The notes under the pieces: generated by a model
What the model was told of the DNA's origin: nothing
The model's database searches: none
Seen by the model: only the letters and a program-made list of their open reading frames with translations
NCBI GenBank assembly: GCA_963718375.1
Contig: CAVQZD010000002.1
Span: 14,000-77,999, forward strand
Source: an uncultured Actinomycetes bacterium
Lineage (GTDB): Bacteria; Actinomycetota; Thermoleophilia; RBG-16-64-13
Direction of reading: 5' to 3'
Length of the DNA stretch: 64,000 nt
Part shown: piece by piece, positions 55,727-64,000 of the stretch
How positions within the stretch are numbered: position 1 is the stretch's first letter
How the letters are laid out: each line of letters begins with the position of its first letter
Translations under genes and position numbers: made by a program

Positions 55727-57058
55727 GTGCTCCCCGATTCTGATGATCTGACGGGCAGGTCGCGGTACCGCTGGATCGTACTCGTCCTGGCGTTCTTGGG
55801 AGTCTTCGGGGCGGTCGGTCTCGGCCGCTTCGGCTACAGCGCTATCTTGCCCTCGATGCAGGAAGGGCTGCACACCACAAGCGCCACCGCGGGAGCCTTC
55901 GCCTCCTGGAACTTCGCGGGCTATCTGATCATGGCGGGTGCGAGCGGAGTACTCTCACATCGGTTTGGTGCGCGCATGGTGGTGGGCGTAGGGACGCTGG
56001 TGGCCGCGGCAGGCATGCTCCTCACCGGGATGGCCACGGGAGTGGCGTGGGCCTCCGCGGCCCGGCTGCTCACGGGACTCGGGAGTGGCGCGGTGTTCGT
56101 ACCCTGTGTGGCGCACATGTCTTCTTGGTTCAGACGAGAGCGGTGGGGAACGGCCTCCGGGTTCGTGGCTTCTGGACCCGCACTCGCCATGGTGACGGTG
56201 GGGCCCGTGGTACCCGCGGTGATCAGCGCGGGGGGAGCGGACGGTTGGCGGACGGCGTGGTACCTCTTTGCCGGCGTCACGCTCGTTGTCGGGGTTTTGA
56301 CGCTGATCTTTCAGCGCGATCGTCCCCGCGCTTTGGCCGACAGTACCGGGGCCACGGAGCCAGGGTGGGATGCGGGCGCCGCGACTCTACCTGAAGCCGG
56401 ACTCGCTCAGGCCGCACGAGATGGTGGCTCCGGCAGCAAGAGCGGATCGACTGTGCTGCGTCACGTGCTGCGCTCTGCTTTCACATGGCAGCTGGGCATC
56501 ACCTACATGGCGTTCGGATTCGCCTACATGATCTACGTGACTTTCTTTCAGAAGCGACTCACCGCCGATCTGGGCCTGACCAGCGCAGAGGCCGGAAGCC
56601 TGTTCCTTCTTCTGGGAGCGGCCAGCCTGATCTGCGGCTTCTTGTGGGGCGCTATCTCCGACCGCATCGGGCGGGGACGTGCTCTCTTCATCAACTCTCT
56701 CCTGCAGGCGGCTGCAGCCGCCCTGATGGTCTGGTGGCCGACCCTTCCGGGGGTGATACTGTCCGTGCTGCTGTGCGGTCTAACTGCCGTCGCGGTGCCC
56801 GGCATCATCGGGGCCGCTTGCGGAGACGAGTTCGGCGCAGGGGCAGCCGCGACTGCGCTCAGCGCAGTCACCGTCATGATGGGTGTGGGTCAGATGGTGG
56901 GACCCTATGTCGCCGGAAAGCTGGCGGATGTGTCCGGCTCACTGGAGCGATCGTACCTGCTCGCGGCGGGGGCGTACGTTCTGGCCTCCGTGCTCGCGCT
57001 ATCCCTGCGCAAGGCCTCTCGCGAGCATTTGGCGAGCCGCAAGCGCGCGCTCAAATAG
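55727..57058 (+). CDS. MFS transporter (YbfB/YjiJ-like)
   Basis: 443 aa, 12 TM. The N-terminal region is GLGRFGYSAILPSMQEGL..AGAFASWNFAGYL. Confidence 0.8.
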   Translation: MLPDSDDLTGRSRYRWIVLVLAFLGVFGAVGLGRFGYSAILPSMQEGLHTTSATAGAFASWNFAGYLIMAGASGVLSHRFGARMVVGVGTLVAAAGMLLTGMATGVAWASAARLLTGLGSGAVFVPCVAHMSSWFRRERWGTASGFVASGPALAMVTVGPVVPAVISAGGADGWRTAWYLFAGVTLVVGVLTLIFQRDRPRALADSTGATEPGWDAGAATLPEAGLAQAARDGGSGSKSGSTVLRHVLRSAFTWQLGITYMAFGFAYMIYVTFFQKRLTADLGLTSAEAGSLFLLLGAASLICGFLWGAISDRIGRGRALFINSLLQAAAAALMVWWPTLPGVILSVLLCGLTAVAVPGIIGAACGDEFGAGAAATALSAVTVMMGVGQMVGPYVAGKLADVSGSLERSYLLAAGAYVLASVLALSLRKASREHLASRKRALK

Positions 57059-57071
57059 GGACGCGCGCTAG

Positions 57072-59290
57072 CTACACATCCTCCTGCGCGCGAGGCACGA
57101 AGCCGTACTCCTCGCTGCGGAACACTTCCTCTTTGAGCTCCTCGTCCTTGGCCTTGTAGACCTTGCAGATGAGGCAGGTCAGATCGGGCGAGCCGTACAT
57201 GGGGTCCAGGTGATCGTTGCTGGTGAGCACGTTGGGGTTGCTGATGAACACCCCGTGGTAACCCTCGGCGGGCTCCTCCGGATAGAAGCAGTTTGCGGTC
57301 GCCATCAGCACACCCTTCTTGATGCCCGGGAAGCAGCGCAGCTTCTGGCGGATGCGGCCCCGCGGTGACTCGATCCAGACGATGTCGCCGTCCTCGACGC
57401 CGTACAGGGCGGCCGTCTCGGGGTGTAGCTGGCAGGTGGGGAACTCCATGAAGCTCCGCAGCCAGGGGATATTGCGGTACTGGCCCAAGAAGTAGAAGGG
57501 CTGACGGTACCCACTGCTCATGACCAGCGGATACTCCTTGTACAGCTCTGGGGTGGATACTGGGCTCTCGCCCGGCTCGCTGAATACCGGCAGGCCGTCA
57601 TAGCCCAGCGACTCCAGGTGCTGGCTCTTGAACTCGAACTTGCCCGAGGGGGTGGGGAAGCCTCCGCCCTCTCTCCAGTAGTCGGTCTTGTACTTGTAGT
57701 ACACCTGGTCGGGACCCCAGCAGCCGCTCACCAGCCGCTCGCCGAACTCCTTGAAGGTCAGAGGTTCGCCATCCTTGCCCTCTCCGCGCCTGATCTGATA
57801 GTCGAGCATGTCCTCGACGGTGGGCCACCACTTGTCGGGTACCACCCGGCGGCCGACCTCGTTGAAGATCCAGGCGTCCGACTTGGCTTCACCCGGCGGA
57901 TCGATGACCCTGTTATGGGCCTCGATCATGAAGCGCGGGTGCATGTCGTAGACGTCGTCCAGCTCTAGCCAGTGGGCCGCCGGCAGCACGATATCGGCCG
58001 CTTCAGCCATGGGACCCATGAAGAGGTCGGTGTGGCTCATGAACTCGACACTCTCGATGGCTTTGACCACTTCGTTGGTGTTGGCCATGTGCACGATCTG
58101 CTGGCCGCCGACGCTGAACCACACCTTGATGGGGGCCTCTCCGGCCAGGAGCTTCTTGACCATGGTGTCGGGGTTACAGGTACGGGTGGCGCCCATCTTG
58201 AAGCGGTCGCCGCCGATGATCTTGCTCTTCATCTCGTCGGTGATGGGCAGTTCTAGGTTGAAGTCCTCGATAAGGCCCGTGTCGGGGAGCACCCAGCTGA
58301 TCATGCTGCCCGGCGCCTCGATATTGCCTGCCAGGCCCATGAGGCAGGTGATGGCCCGCAGGGTGTGCCCGCAGTTGGCCTGGCGCTCGAGCGAGCTGCC
58401 GACCTGGATGGTGCCCGGCGTGTCGATGGCCCACATGCGGGCGGCCTCGATGACATGCTCCTTGGGTATCCAGCAGATGTCGGAGACCTTCTCGGGCGTC
58501 CATTCCTTGACGCGCTCCCTGCAGTTCGTCGAAGCCGTAGGTCCAGTCGCCGACGAACTCCTTGTCCCACAGCTCCTCTTCTATGATCACGTTCATCATG
58601 CCCAGAGCCAGGGCGCAGTCGGTGCCCGGGCGGGGCTGGATCCACAGAGTGGCGCGGGTAGCGTAGGCGCTGGCGCGCGGGTCGATGATGATGAGGTTCT
58701 TGCAGTAGTCGAGCGACCGCATGTACCAGTAGCACATCTCTGAGTCGGCGCTACTGATCTCGAGCTGCTTGGCCCACATGATCTGCGTCTTGGGGAACTC
58801 GCCGCCCCAACCGTGGTAGTCGCAGTAGAGCCGGCCGTAGCCGGTGACCGAGTGCGTAGAGGCCCAGGCGCGGGCTGTGGCACACGTAGCCTGGGGTGAT
58901 GGCGTTACCTGTGCCCAGCGAACGGGCCAGCCGCATGGTGTAGCGGTTGTAGCCGCGGCCGGTACCCTGCGAGATGGCGATGCTCTGCGGCCCCGGGTCG
59001 GCGATGGCCGCCTTCATCTTGTCGGCGATGGTGTCCAGGGCCTCGTCCCACGAGATGCGCTTCCACTGGCCGGTGCCCTTCTTGCCCACCTGCTTCATGG
59101 GGTACTTGATGCGGTAGGGGTTGTCGATGTGCTGGATGCTCGAGAGGCCCTTTGAGCACATGGTGCCGCCGGTGAGCGAATCGGGGTTGCCCTCGATGTG
59201 CACCACCACGCCGTCTTCTTTGGTCACTTTGACGCCGCAGCCACCGTGACAGCTCTTGCAGGTGGAGTAGACGATCTCTCTCTTGGCCAT
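57072..59290 (-). pseudogene. Molybdopterin (bis-MGD) oxidoreductase catalytic subunit, about 739 aa, with the frame broken near 58870 and near 58528; no Tat signal
   Basis: The N-terminus MAKREIVYSTCKSCHGGCGV..MCSKG (FS0 cluster) is in ORF 58751..59530. The middle, WASTHSVTGYGRLYCDYHGWGGEFPKTQIMWAKQLE..IIIDPRAS..QPRPGTDCALALG, is in ORF 58174..58779. The C-terminus is ORF 57072..58436. AGGAG precedes ATG 59290. Confidence 0.8.
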
Positions 59291-59298
59291 GTGTTCTC

Positions 59299-60288
59299 CT
59301 AGATTCCTAGAGAGCCGCGCGCTAGTAGGCGCGGGCCTTGGGTAGCAGCGGCCTGTAGATGCCCGACCTTGAGCACTCCATACTTGAGTGAGAAGGCTCC
59401 GATGGTGTGGCAGACGATCGCGAAGATCAGGAGCTCCGTGGAAGCCTCTTGGCCTGTGAAGTAGCTGACCACCGAGATGACGAGCGGCACCGCGATGCCC
59501 AAGGCGACGATGCCCAGCCAGAAGACCCAAGCCATGTGACCCCTGATCAGCTCCTTGACCGAGAGCCCGGCGGTGGTCGACTGGTAGTTGGCGTTGACCA
59601 AGTAGACGATGATGAGCAAGGCGTTGATGATGAGGAGCAGGCGGGTCACGGACTCGGCCGTGCCTATCAGGTCCTCGCCCAGCACCAGACCCACCGCCAT
59701 GAACAGAGCCAGGCCGTCCGCCACTCCCATGATGAGGAACACGAAGGGCAAGAGGCCGGTGTTCCAGAAGGGGACGCTCTTGCAGTAGCTCATGGCGAAG
59801 CCGCAGTAGACGGCGGTCACCACGCAGGTGAGCCCTGCGAAGACCATGAGTATCCAGTTGGCGATCTGGATGGCCGTGCCGGTCTGCACGTCATAGGCGA
59901 TCAGACCCTGGAGCAAGAGCTGCACGGCCGCGAAGCCCAAGAAGATCATCGTGAAGACGATGCCCCGTGCGAACCACGAGGTCTTCCACGCGTTACTCAC
60001 CGGGGGGAAGGCCCTCCAGAAGCGCCAGGGCTTGCCCAGGTAGAGGAAGTGTAGGGGCAGTTTGAAGACCGCTATGCCTACCCAACCCAGTATCCCGCCC
60101 CAGAAAGCGGCCTCCGGATACGACTGGCTGAAGAAGAGCGAGACCAGATAGAGCCCGGTACCGAGGGCCGAGAAGACTTCGGCCAGCCACACGAGCAGGC
60201 CCTTGCCCTGGATCCACTCGGCCTGAGCCATGGGCTTGATCATCCATTCGTGAGTGACCATCCATTGGCGTGCAGTCCGTGCGTTCAT
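59299..60288 (-). CDS. NrfD/PsrC-like integral membrane (quinol-interacting) subunit
   Basis: 329 aa, about 8 TM. It lies between the FeS and catalytic subunits. Confidence 0.8.
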   Translation of the reverse strand: MNARTARQWMVTHEWMIKPMAQAEWIQGKGLLVWLAEVFSALGTGLYLVSLFFSQSYPEAAFWGGILGWVGIAVFKLPLHFLYLGKPWRFWRAFPPVSNAWKTSWFARGIVFTMIFLGFAAVQLLLQGLIAYDVQTGTAIQIANWILMVFAGLTCVVTAVYCGFAMSYCKSVPFWNTGLLPFVFLIMGVADGLALFMAVGLVLGEDLIGTAESVTRLLLIINALLIIVYLVNANYQSTTAGLSVKELIRGHMAWVFWLGIVALGIAVPLVISVVSYFTGQEASTELLIFAIVCHTIGAFSLKYGVLKVGHLQAAATQGPRLLARGSLGI

Positions 60289-60300
60289 TGAGCAGCTCTC

Positions 60301-61075
60301 CTAGCGGTCGTGCTTCTTGGCGAGTTTCGGTACGGACGGCGCGTAGACCGTGCTGAGATGCTGGATGTGGCTGCCCGTCTGCGCTTCGACGGGCGCCTTG
60401 TTGCTGGGAGCTCCGCCAAGCTTGTAGTCTATATAGTAGAACAGAAGGCTCGGTGCCGTACTCGGGGTGCAGGGCGAAGCCGTCCCTCTGCTTGATGAGC
60501 TTCGACGCTTCGCTCTCCGGATCGTCCAGGTCGCCGAACGTCAGGGCTCTCGCTTGGCAGATGTTGACACACGCGGGAGTAGCCTCGCGGTCGACCCCGG
60601 GCCTCAGTCCCTTCTCCTGGCCTGCGTCGATACGCTCCATGCAGAAGTTGCACTTCATGGTGGTGCCCACTGTGTGGGGATAGAGCTCCTTGCCCTTCTT
60701 CTCGAACTGGGTCTTCTCATGGCCGGGGAAGTAGCCGGGGTCACGCTTGCGCGACAGGTAGGTGCGGTTCTGATAGGGGCAGGCGATGACGCAATACCGG
60801 CAACCGAAGCACTTCTTGGGGTCGACGGCCACGATGCCGTCCTCACGCTTGTGGGAGGCCTCGGTGGGGCAGACCTCCACGCACGGAGCCTCTTTGCATT
60901 GGTTGCATCTGACCGGGTAGGTAGAAACGTCCACGTCGACCCCGTCGTCTACCTCGAGGGCTATCAGTCGGGGCCAGGTGACCCCCATCGGAAGGAAGTG
61001 CTCGATGCGACAAGCAGCTACGCACGCGTGACAACGGGTGCACTTGGCGAGGTTGATGACCATGCCCCATCTCAT
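60301..61075 (-). CDS. 4Fe-4S ferredoxin-type electron-transfer subunit (DmsB/PsrB/TtrB-like), with one apparent frameshift near 60442
   Basis: MRWGMVINLAKCTRCHACVAACR..CNQCKEAPCVEVCP..CFGCRYCVIACP..CNFC..C. After ..HPEYGTEPS the natural tail, FYYIDYKLGGAPSNKAP..KKHDR-stop (stop at 60301), is in another frame. The track's 360-aa ORF is a read-through artefact. Confidence 0.82.
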
Positions 61076-61242
61076 CCCCTGCTACCTCCTGACGACCGGC
61101 ACTTCACGGAGCGTTGCGATAACACGCCGCCGATATCGACATATTACTCTGCGTAACGGCAATATTGTAGGTTGATTAAGCTGCGGTTGCAAGACATCGA
61201 TCACATCAGCAGCAGCGGGAGCCCCAAGGGTAGCCTCGCATC

Positions 61243-61256
61243 GTTAATGCATTAAC
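61243..61256. promoter_or_regulatory. Perfect 14-bp palindrome GTTAATGCATTAAC in a 330-bp AT-richer divergent intergenic region
   Basis: Read directly from the sequence. It lies between the FeS-subunit start (61075, -) and the SBP start (61406, +). Confidence 0.4.
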
Positions 61257-61405
61257 CATATTAGCCCGCGCCCCACGGAGTCGCAAGTGCTGCCTTAAGA
61301 TCGCGGATTCACACATGCCGGCCACAGACGGTATCCTTGCGCCGGAGTACGGAAACGTCCGCCCGGCCTATTGCGGGGCTGCACAGACTGCGGAGGAAGA
61401 TTCGC

Positions 61406-62755
61406 ATGCGTAAGAGAGATCTGGTCATCCTGCTGCTGGTACTTCTGGCGGCAGCCGGGACAGCGTTCACATCAGGGTGCGGGCGACAGACGGTCGACCT
61501 CAGCCCCACGACCACGCTCGCGAGCGGCGACTCCGGTGACGACACCAGCACTACGCTGCCTCCCTCCGAGGACCCTATACGGATCGTCTTCAATGGGGAG
61601 ATCAGCGGTGGTCTCGTCTATGACACCGCTCTAGTGAGCAAGGGTGTCAACACTGCGCTCGAGATGTTGGGTAACAGGCTGGCGGATTGGTCGATCGACT
61701 ACCAGGAGATCGACAACAAGGGTGACTCTGTGCTGGCTGTACAGCAGACGAGAGAGTTGGTGCAGACGGACACAGACGATGATGGCAAGAAGGACCGAGA
61801 GGCGGTGGACTTCATCTGCGGCCCCCTATCTTCGTCTGATGTAGCCGCCATCACCTACTTCCTGGCCCAGAGGGAGGACGAGACCGAGAGGGTGCCTCAG
61901 TGTTCCGTTACGGGGCAACCCAGAGAGAACATAACCACCTCAGGAGACGTGGGGTTCATCCCCAACGGCATCTACAGCTCCTATGGCTACTACCTGGGCA
62001 AGTTCGCCGCCGAGACGATGCACTTCAAGACGGTCAACTGCATCCACTACGCGGATCGCATCGCTGAAGAGATGCAGGCCGGCTTCGAACGTAGCTTCAC
62101 GGCCAGCGGGGGGACGATCACGAGTTTGACCTACGTGCCCTCGACGACAGTCGACTTCGCCCCCAACTTCGCGAGCATGTTGCCCGCGGACTGCACCATG
62201 TTCTGGATCCGCGGCACCGGCGCCATCCCCTTCGTCAGCCAGTACGCGGCCTCGGGTCTCACGGGGCAGCTGCTCGTGCCGCAGTCCAGCAACTACAGCG
62301 AATCGCAACTTGAGTACCTCCAGGCCCTCGGTCTGAACGTTGACATGATCGCCTGTGACGTGTACACGCCGATGCTGGACAACGCGGCGAACAGCGAGTT
62401 CATCGCCGCCTACCAGAAGCTATACCCGGGCGACTACCCGACGCCTGAGGTCTTCGGAGGCTGGCAGGCCATCATGCTGTACGGTAAGGCGGTGGAGACA
62501 CTCGCCAGCCAGCGAAGCGAGGGAATACGGACGCGCGAGGGCGAACTGGTCGATCCGCGTAACCCGGTGGATGTGATCGCGATGATGTCCACCCTGTCCA
62601 TGGACACACCGGCCGGCGCCATCACGATGAGTGAGTACGGCAAGACATACGTAGCCACTCGGGACTTCTACATCCTCCGTTCCAGGGATGCCGGAGGGGG
62701 CAGGGTCGCCTGGGCGCCGCTCTACACTTACTCCCAGGTGCTGATGGGTCAGTAG
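61406..62755 (+). CDS. ABC substrate-binding lipoprotein (PBP type 1, Leu/Ile/Val/amide-binding family); no cognate permease or ATPase nearby
   Basis: ATG 61406 follows GGAGGAAG. It has a signal peptide plus lipobox LLAAAGTAFTSGC, then a PBP1-like body. Confidence 0.7.
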   Translation: MRKRDLVILLLVLLAAAGTAFTSGCGRQTVDLSPTTTLASGDSGDDTSTTLPPSEDPIRIVFNGEISGGLVYDTALVSKGVNTALEMLGNRLADWSIDYQEIDNKGDSVLAVQQTRELVQTDTDDDGKKDREAVDFICGPLSSSDVAAITYFLAQREDETERVPQCSVTGQPRENITTSGDVGFIPNGIYSSYGYYLGKFAAETMHFKTVNCIHYADRIAEEMQAGFERSFTASGGTITSLTYVPSTTVDFAPNFASMLPADCTMFWIRGTGAIPFVSQYAASGLTGQLLVPQSSNYSESQLEYLQALGLNVDMIACDVYTPMLDNAANSEFIAAYQKLYPGDYPTPEVFGGWQAIMLYGKAVETLASQRSEGIRTREGELVDPRNPVDVIAMMSTLSMDTPAGAITMSEYGKTYVATRDFYILRSRDAGGGRVAWAPLYTYSQVLMGQ

Positions 62756-62850
62756 ACAGACCGATATAGTCCGTTCGTAAAACGGTATACTCATACCAAT
62801 ACGACACTTCGGTCGTGCCTACACCAAGCCGAGCATTTGGGAGCATTCGC

Positions 62851-63810
62851 GTGAAAGTCGCAGATGTCAAAAAGGTAGCTATCTTCGGGGCGGGCACCAT
62901 GGGTCCCGGCCTAGCCCAGACCTTCGCGGTCGCGGGGTACCAGGTCAGCGTATACACCCGCAGGCAGGAGACGCTGGACAAGGCCAAGAGCGTCACCATG
63001 CAGAACCTCAAGACCTTCGTAGAGAGCGGCATCCTCGAGCAGGAGGACCTGCAACCCGCCTACGATCGCGTCAGTTGGACTCTGTCGGTGGAAGAAGCAG
63101 GCAAGGACGCCGACCTGGTCGTCGAGACGGTGGCCGAGAAGAAGGACATCAAGCAGGAGCTCTACGCGGCGCTGGACAAGATATGTCCCGAGCGCACCAT
63201 CTTCACCAGCAACACCTCATACCTGAACATCTACGACATCATGCCGGAGTCGCGGCTGCCGCAGACGGTCATCGCCCACTGGTTCGCTCCGCCTCACGTG
63301 ATCCCCTTGGTAGAGGTGGTCAAGGGCGAGAAGACCAGCCAGGACACCGTCGACTTCGTGGTGGAGCTGCTCACCAAGGTCGGCAAGGTGCCGTGCGTGA
63401 TCGAGAAGTTCGTCCCCGGCTTCTGCGTCAACCGCTTCCTGCGCATCATCGGCCGTGAGTGCTTCTTCTTGCTCGACAACGGCTACATGACGGCGGAGCA
63501 GCTCGACCTGGCGGTCAAGGCCAGCATCATCCCGAGGGCCATGGTGCTCGGGTTCGTGCAGCGGTATGACTTCACGGGCATCGACCTGAGCTACAACAAC
63601 CTGCAGAATCCGGACTACCTGGAGCCGCCCATCGACAACCAGCCCAAGAGCCTCAAGGAGCTCATGGACAAGGGTGACATGGGAGTCAAGACGGGCAAGG
63701 GCTTCTTCGACTACAGCGACCGCCCGCTCGAGCAGGTGCTCGCGGAGCGCGATGCCGCCATGATCAAGGTCTTCGAGGACGTCAAAGACCTCATCACCAA
63801 GCACATCTGA
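62851..63810 (+). CDS. 3-hydroxyacyl-CoA dehydrogenase-family NAD(P) oxidoreductase (L-carnitine/3-hydroxybutyryl-CoA dehydrogenase-like)
   Basis: VAIFGAGTMGPGLAQTF Rossmann motif, ..TSNTS.., ..HWFAPPHVIPLVEVV. GTG 62851 is chosen as start (track ORF begins 62815). Confidence 0.8.
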   Translation: MKVADVKKVAIFGAGTMGPGLAQTFAVAGYQVSVYTRRQETLDKAKSVTMQNLKTFVESGILEQEDLQPAYDRVSWTLSVEEAGKDADLVVETVAEKKDIKQELYAALDKICPERTIFTSNTSYLNIYDIMPESRLPQTVIAHWFAPPHVIPLVEVVKGEKTSQDTVDFVVELLTKVGKVPCVIEKFVPGFCVNRFLRIIGRECFFLLDNGYMTAEQLDLAVKASIIPRAMVLGFVQRYDFTGIDLSYNNLQNPDYLEPPIDNQPKSLKELMDKGDMGVKTGKGFFDYSDRPLEQVLAERDAAMIKVFEDVKDLITKHI

Positions 63811-63853
63811 CCCGACATCGACGCCGACTTTTCGACGAGGAGAGAGGACTGAT

Positions 63854-64000
63854 ATGAGCAAGCTGATCATCACCTGCGCCCTGTGCGGGGTGGGCACCAC
63901 CAAAGAACAGAACCCCAACACCCCTATCACGCCCGACGAGATAGCCGCCGACGGCCTGGAGTGCGTTAAGGCCGGGGCCTCAATACTCCACATCCATGTG
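63854..64000 (+). CDS. Beta-keto acid cleavage enzyme (BKACE/DUF849, 3-keto-5-aminohexanoate cleavage-like). N-terminal 49 codons only; continues past the window end.
   Basis: My translation from ATG 63854 gives MSKLIITCALCGVGTTKEQNPNTPITPDEIAADGLECVKAGASILHIHV, the characteristic BKACE N-terminus. A GAGGAGAG RBS lies upstream. Confidence 0.8.
   Translation, partial: MSKLIITCALCGVGTTKEQNPNTPITPDEIAADGLECVKAGASILHIHV

Noticed and set aside
57072-59290. Selenocysteine (in-frame TGA) recoding or programmed frameshifting in the molybdoenzyme catalytic subunit
   Set aside because: The discontinuities are frame changes (1 to 0 to 2) at ordinary sequence, one at a G-run. They are not an in-frame TGA followed by a SECIS-like hairpin, and similar breaks occur in unrelated genes across the window.
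59993-61075. 360-aa ORF suggesting a long C-terminal extension of the FeS subunit overlapping the NrfD-like gene
   Set aside because: After ..HPEYGTEPS the natural tail and stop (60301) are in another frame. The extension is Arg/Gly/Pro-rich read-through caused by an indel near 60442.
1-64000. CRISPR arrays, rRNA genes, IS elements, integrases, prophage or recognisable defence-system genes (beyond vapBC)
   Set aside because: I scanned the ORF track and intergenic regions. There are no regularly spaced direct repeats, no transposase, integrase or recombinase-like ORFs, and no large ATPase or nuclease defence-type genes.

Overview
High-GC chromosomal segment, about 55 genes. GC was judged by eye, not computed. 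Gene content and synteny suggest an anaerobic or facultative Actinomycetota-like lineage; this taxonomic call is inference only.

Layout from left to right:
- 1-3358 (- strand): TetR, a decayed TetR paralog, an LDH-like dehydrogenase and an OYE enoate-reductase-like gene.
- 3531-6693: a CUT2-type sugar ABC transporter.
- 6745-9929: an esterase, a vapBC-type toxin-antitoxin pair, a broken DUF5674-like gene, a small conserved ORF and tag.
- 9994-13613: ackA-xfp (phosphoketolase module).
- 13686-14929: TauE/SafE plus DUF1634.
- 14919-16553 (-): a GntR(FadR)-HAD fusion regulator, divergent from nuo.
- 16731-26894: an 11-gene nuoABCDHIJKLMN operon with no nuoEFG.
- 26899-28290: an amidohydrolase.
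- 28396-32715: a 1439-aa multidomain peptidoglycan hydrolase.
- 32808-39650: TPR and STAS proteins, then a housekeeping block topA-tmk-holB-ricT-tRNA-Thr.
- 39731-57058: an accessory-looking stretch with a DUF1269-like protein, a 4-TM protein, a Vps62/DUF946-like membrane protein, a SulP permease, two cytoplasmic Cys-type sulfatases, two convergent AI-2E permeases, an anSME radical-SAM maturase with a SEC-C tail, a CPA1 antiporter, DUF4239, an IorA-like ferredoxin fragment and an MFS transporter.
- 57072-61075 (-): a Tat-less molybdopterin oxidoreductase operon in B-C-A order.
- 61406-64000: an orphan solute-binding protein, a 3-hydroxyacyl-CoA-DH-like gene and the start of a BKACE gene.

I saw no rRNA, CRISPR array, transposase, integrase or phage genes.

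Main caveat: at least 19 reading-frame breaks occur in otherwise clearly homologous genes, some at short homopolymer runs. They may be assembly indels or real decay. I cannot decide from sequence alone, and this affects several calls.

No recognisable, complete novel system (for example a defence system) stands out. The best candidates for follow-up are the GntR-FCD-pseudoHAD regulator next to nuo, the Vps62-like/coiled-coil/4-TM protein with its 4-TM neighbour, the dual-catalytic cell-wall hydrolase with five unassigned repeats, the SEC-C-tagged anSME within a cytoplasmic sulfatase locus, and the Tat-less B-C-A molybdoenzyme.
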